A DNA stretch of 64,000 nt from Somniosus microcephalus (taxonomy: Eukaryota): positions 37,448,001 to 37,512,000 of the forward strand of contig CM126206.1 in NCBI GenBank assembly GCA_052327205.1. Direction: 5' to 3'. Both the position numbers and the translations under genes were made by a program. Below are positions 63,496-64,000 of this stretch, in pieces (the first letter of the stretch is position 1; each line of letters begins with the position of its first letter). A model generated the notes under the pieces. The model saw nothing but the letters and a program-made list of their open reading frames with translations. It was not told the origin of the DNA and did no database searches.

Positions 63496-64000
63496 TGATA
63501 GGTTAAGGGTAAGGGTGGTTCTAACTTGAGATCTTGCTCTACGGCTCCCGAACCCCCTTAACAGCCAGAGGCAGGCCAGTGGAGTGGGTATCACCATCTT
63601 TAACCCCTTCATACTGTTGTGTATGTAATATGTGTGCTACTTGAACCTATGGACAGGACTGCACTACTTGTTGGGCGTAGTGATACGCAGTACCACTCCT
63701 GGCCATAGGGGTATAAATAGTACTGTGGGTACTGATCTCCCCTCAGTTCCCGCCTGTGGGCATGAAGTAAAGACCTACGTATAGTCCCTACCTCCAACCA
63801 GTAAAGACCTGTTTTATTGTTACTGATTAAGTCTGAGTATTAATTACTTGAACAACTCACAGATTTAACACTGGCGACGAGTCTGATTCGGACCCTGCGG
63901 CAGTCACTCCACGGCAGCTTCGTCCACAGCCAGGACATTGCAGAGAGGTTTCCACCCTCTCCACCCCACTGGAAGACATCCTGACCTCGGAGCCTCCATC
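63496..64000 (+). mobile_element. 5' LTR (63496-63870) and PBS of another LTR retrotransposon running off the window
   Basis: TG...ttaaCA, TATAAA at ~63711, AGTAAA at ~63800, then TGGCGACGAG (tRNA-Ser(GCU)-like PBS) at 63872-63881. Confidence 0.7.

Overview
Vertebrate genomic DNA, most likely from a cartilaginous fish: the Shh N-terminus is chondrichthyan-like, and the window holds HE1-type V-SINE, Deu-type SINEs and abundant CR1/HER1 LINEs. Bases 1-5.3 kb contain exons 1-2 and the promoter of sonic hedgehog (shh, minus strand). The rest is the upstream gene desert, nearly repeat-free to about 10.7 kb and transposon-dense beyond. The main object is a 16.75-kb nested provirus (29649-46403) with 1.17-kb LTRs, a 4-bp TSD, an 18-nt tRNA-Arg(UCG) PBS and a coiled-coil Gag. 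Gag joins protease in frame through a UGA-CUAG readthrough motif, pol is doubly deleted, and env looks like a paramyxo/pneumovirus F-type fusogen with a possible N-terminal Ig domain (lokiretrovirus-like). A CR1 and a Mag-type Gypsy element are nested inside it. Separately, three divergent CR1 copies all end ORF1 with U-UUA-AAC-UAA with ORF2 open in the -1 frame, which suggests programmed -1 frameshifting. All assignments are by eye, without database searches.
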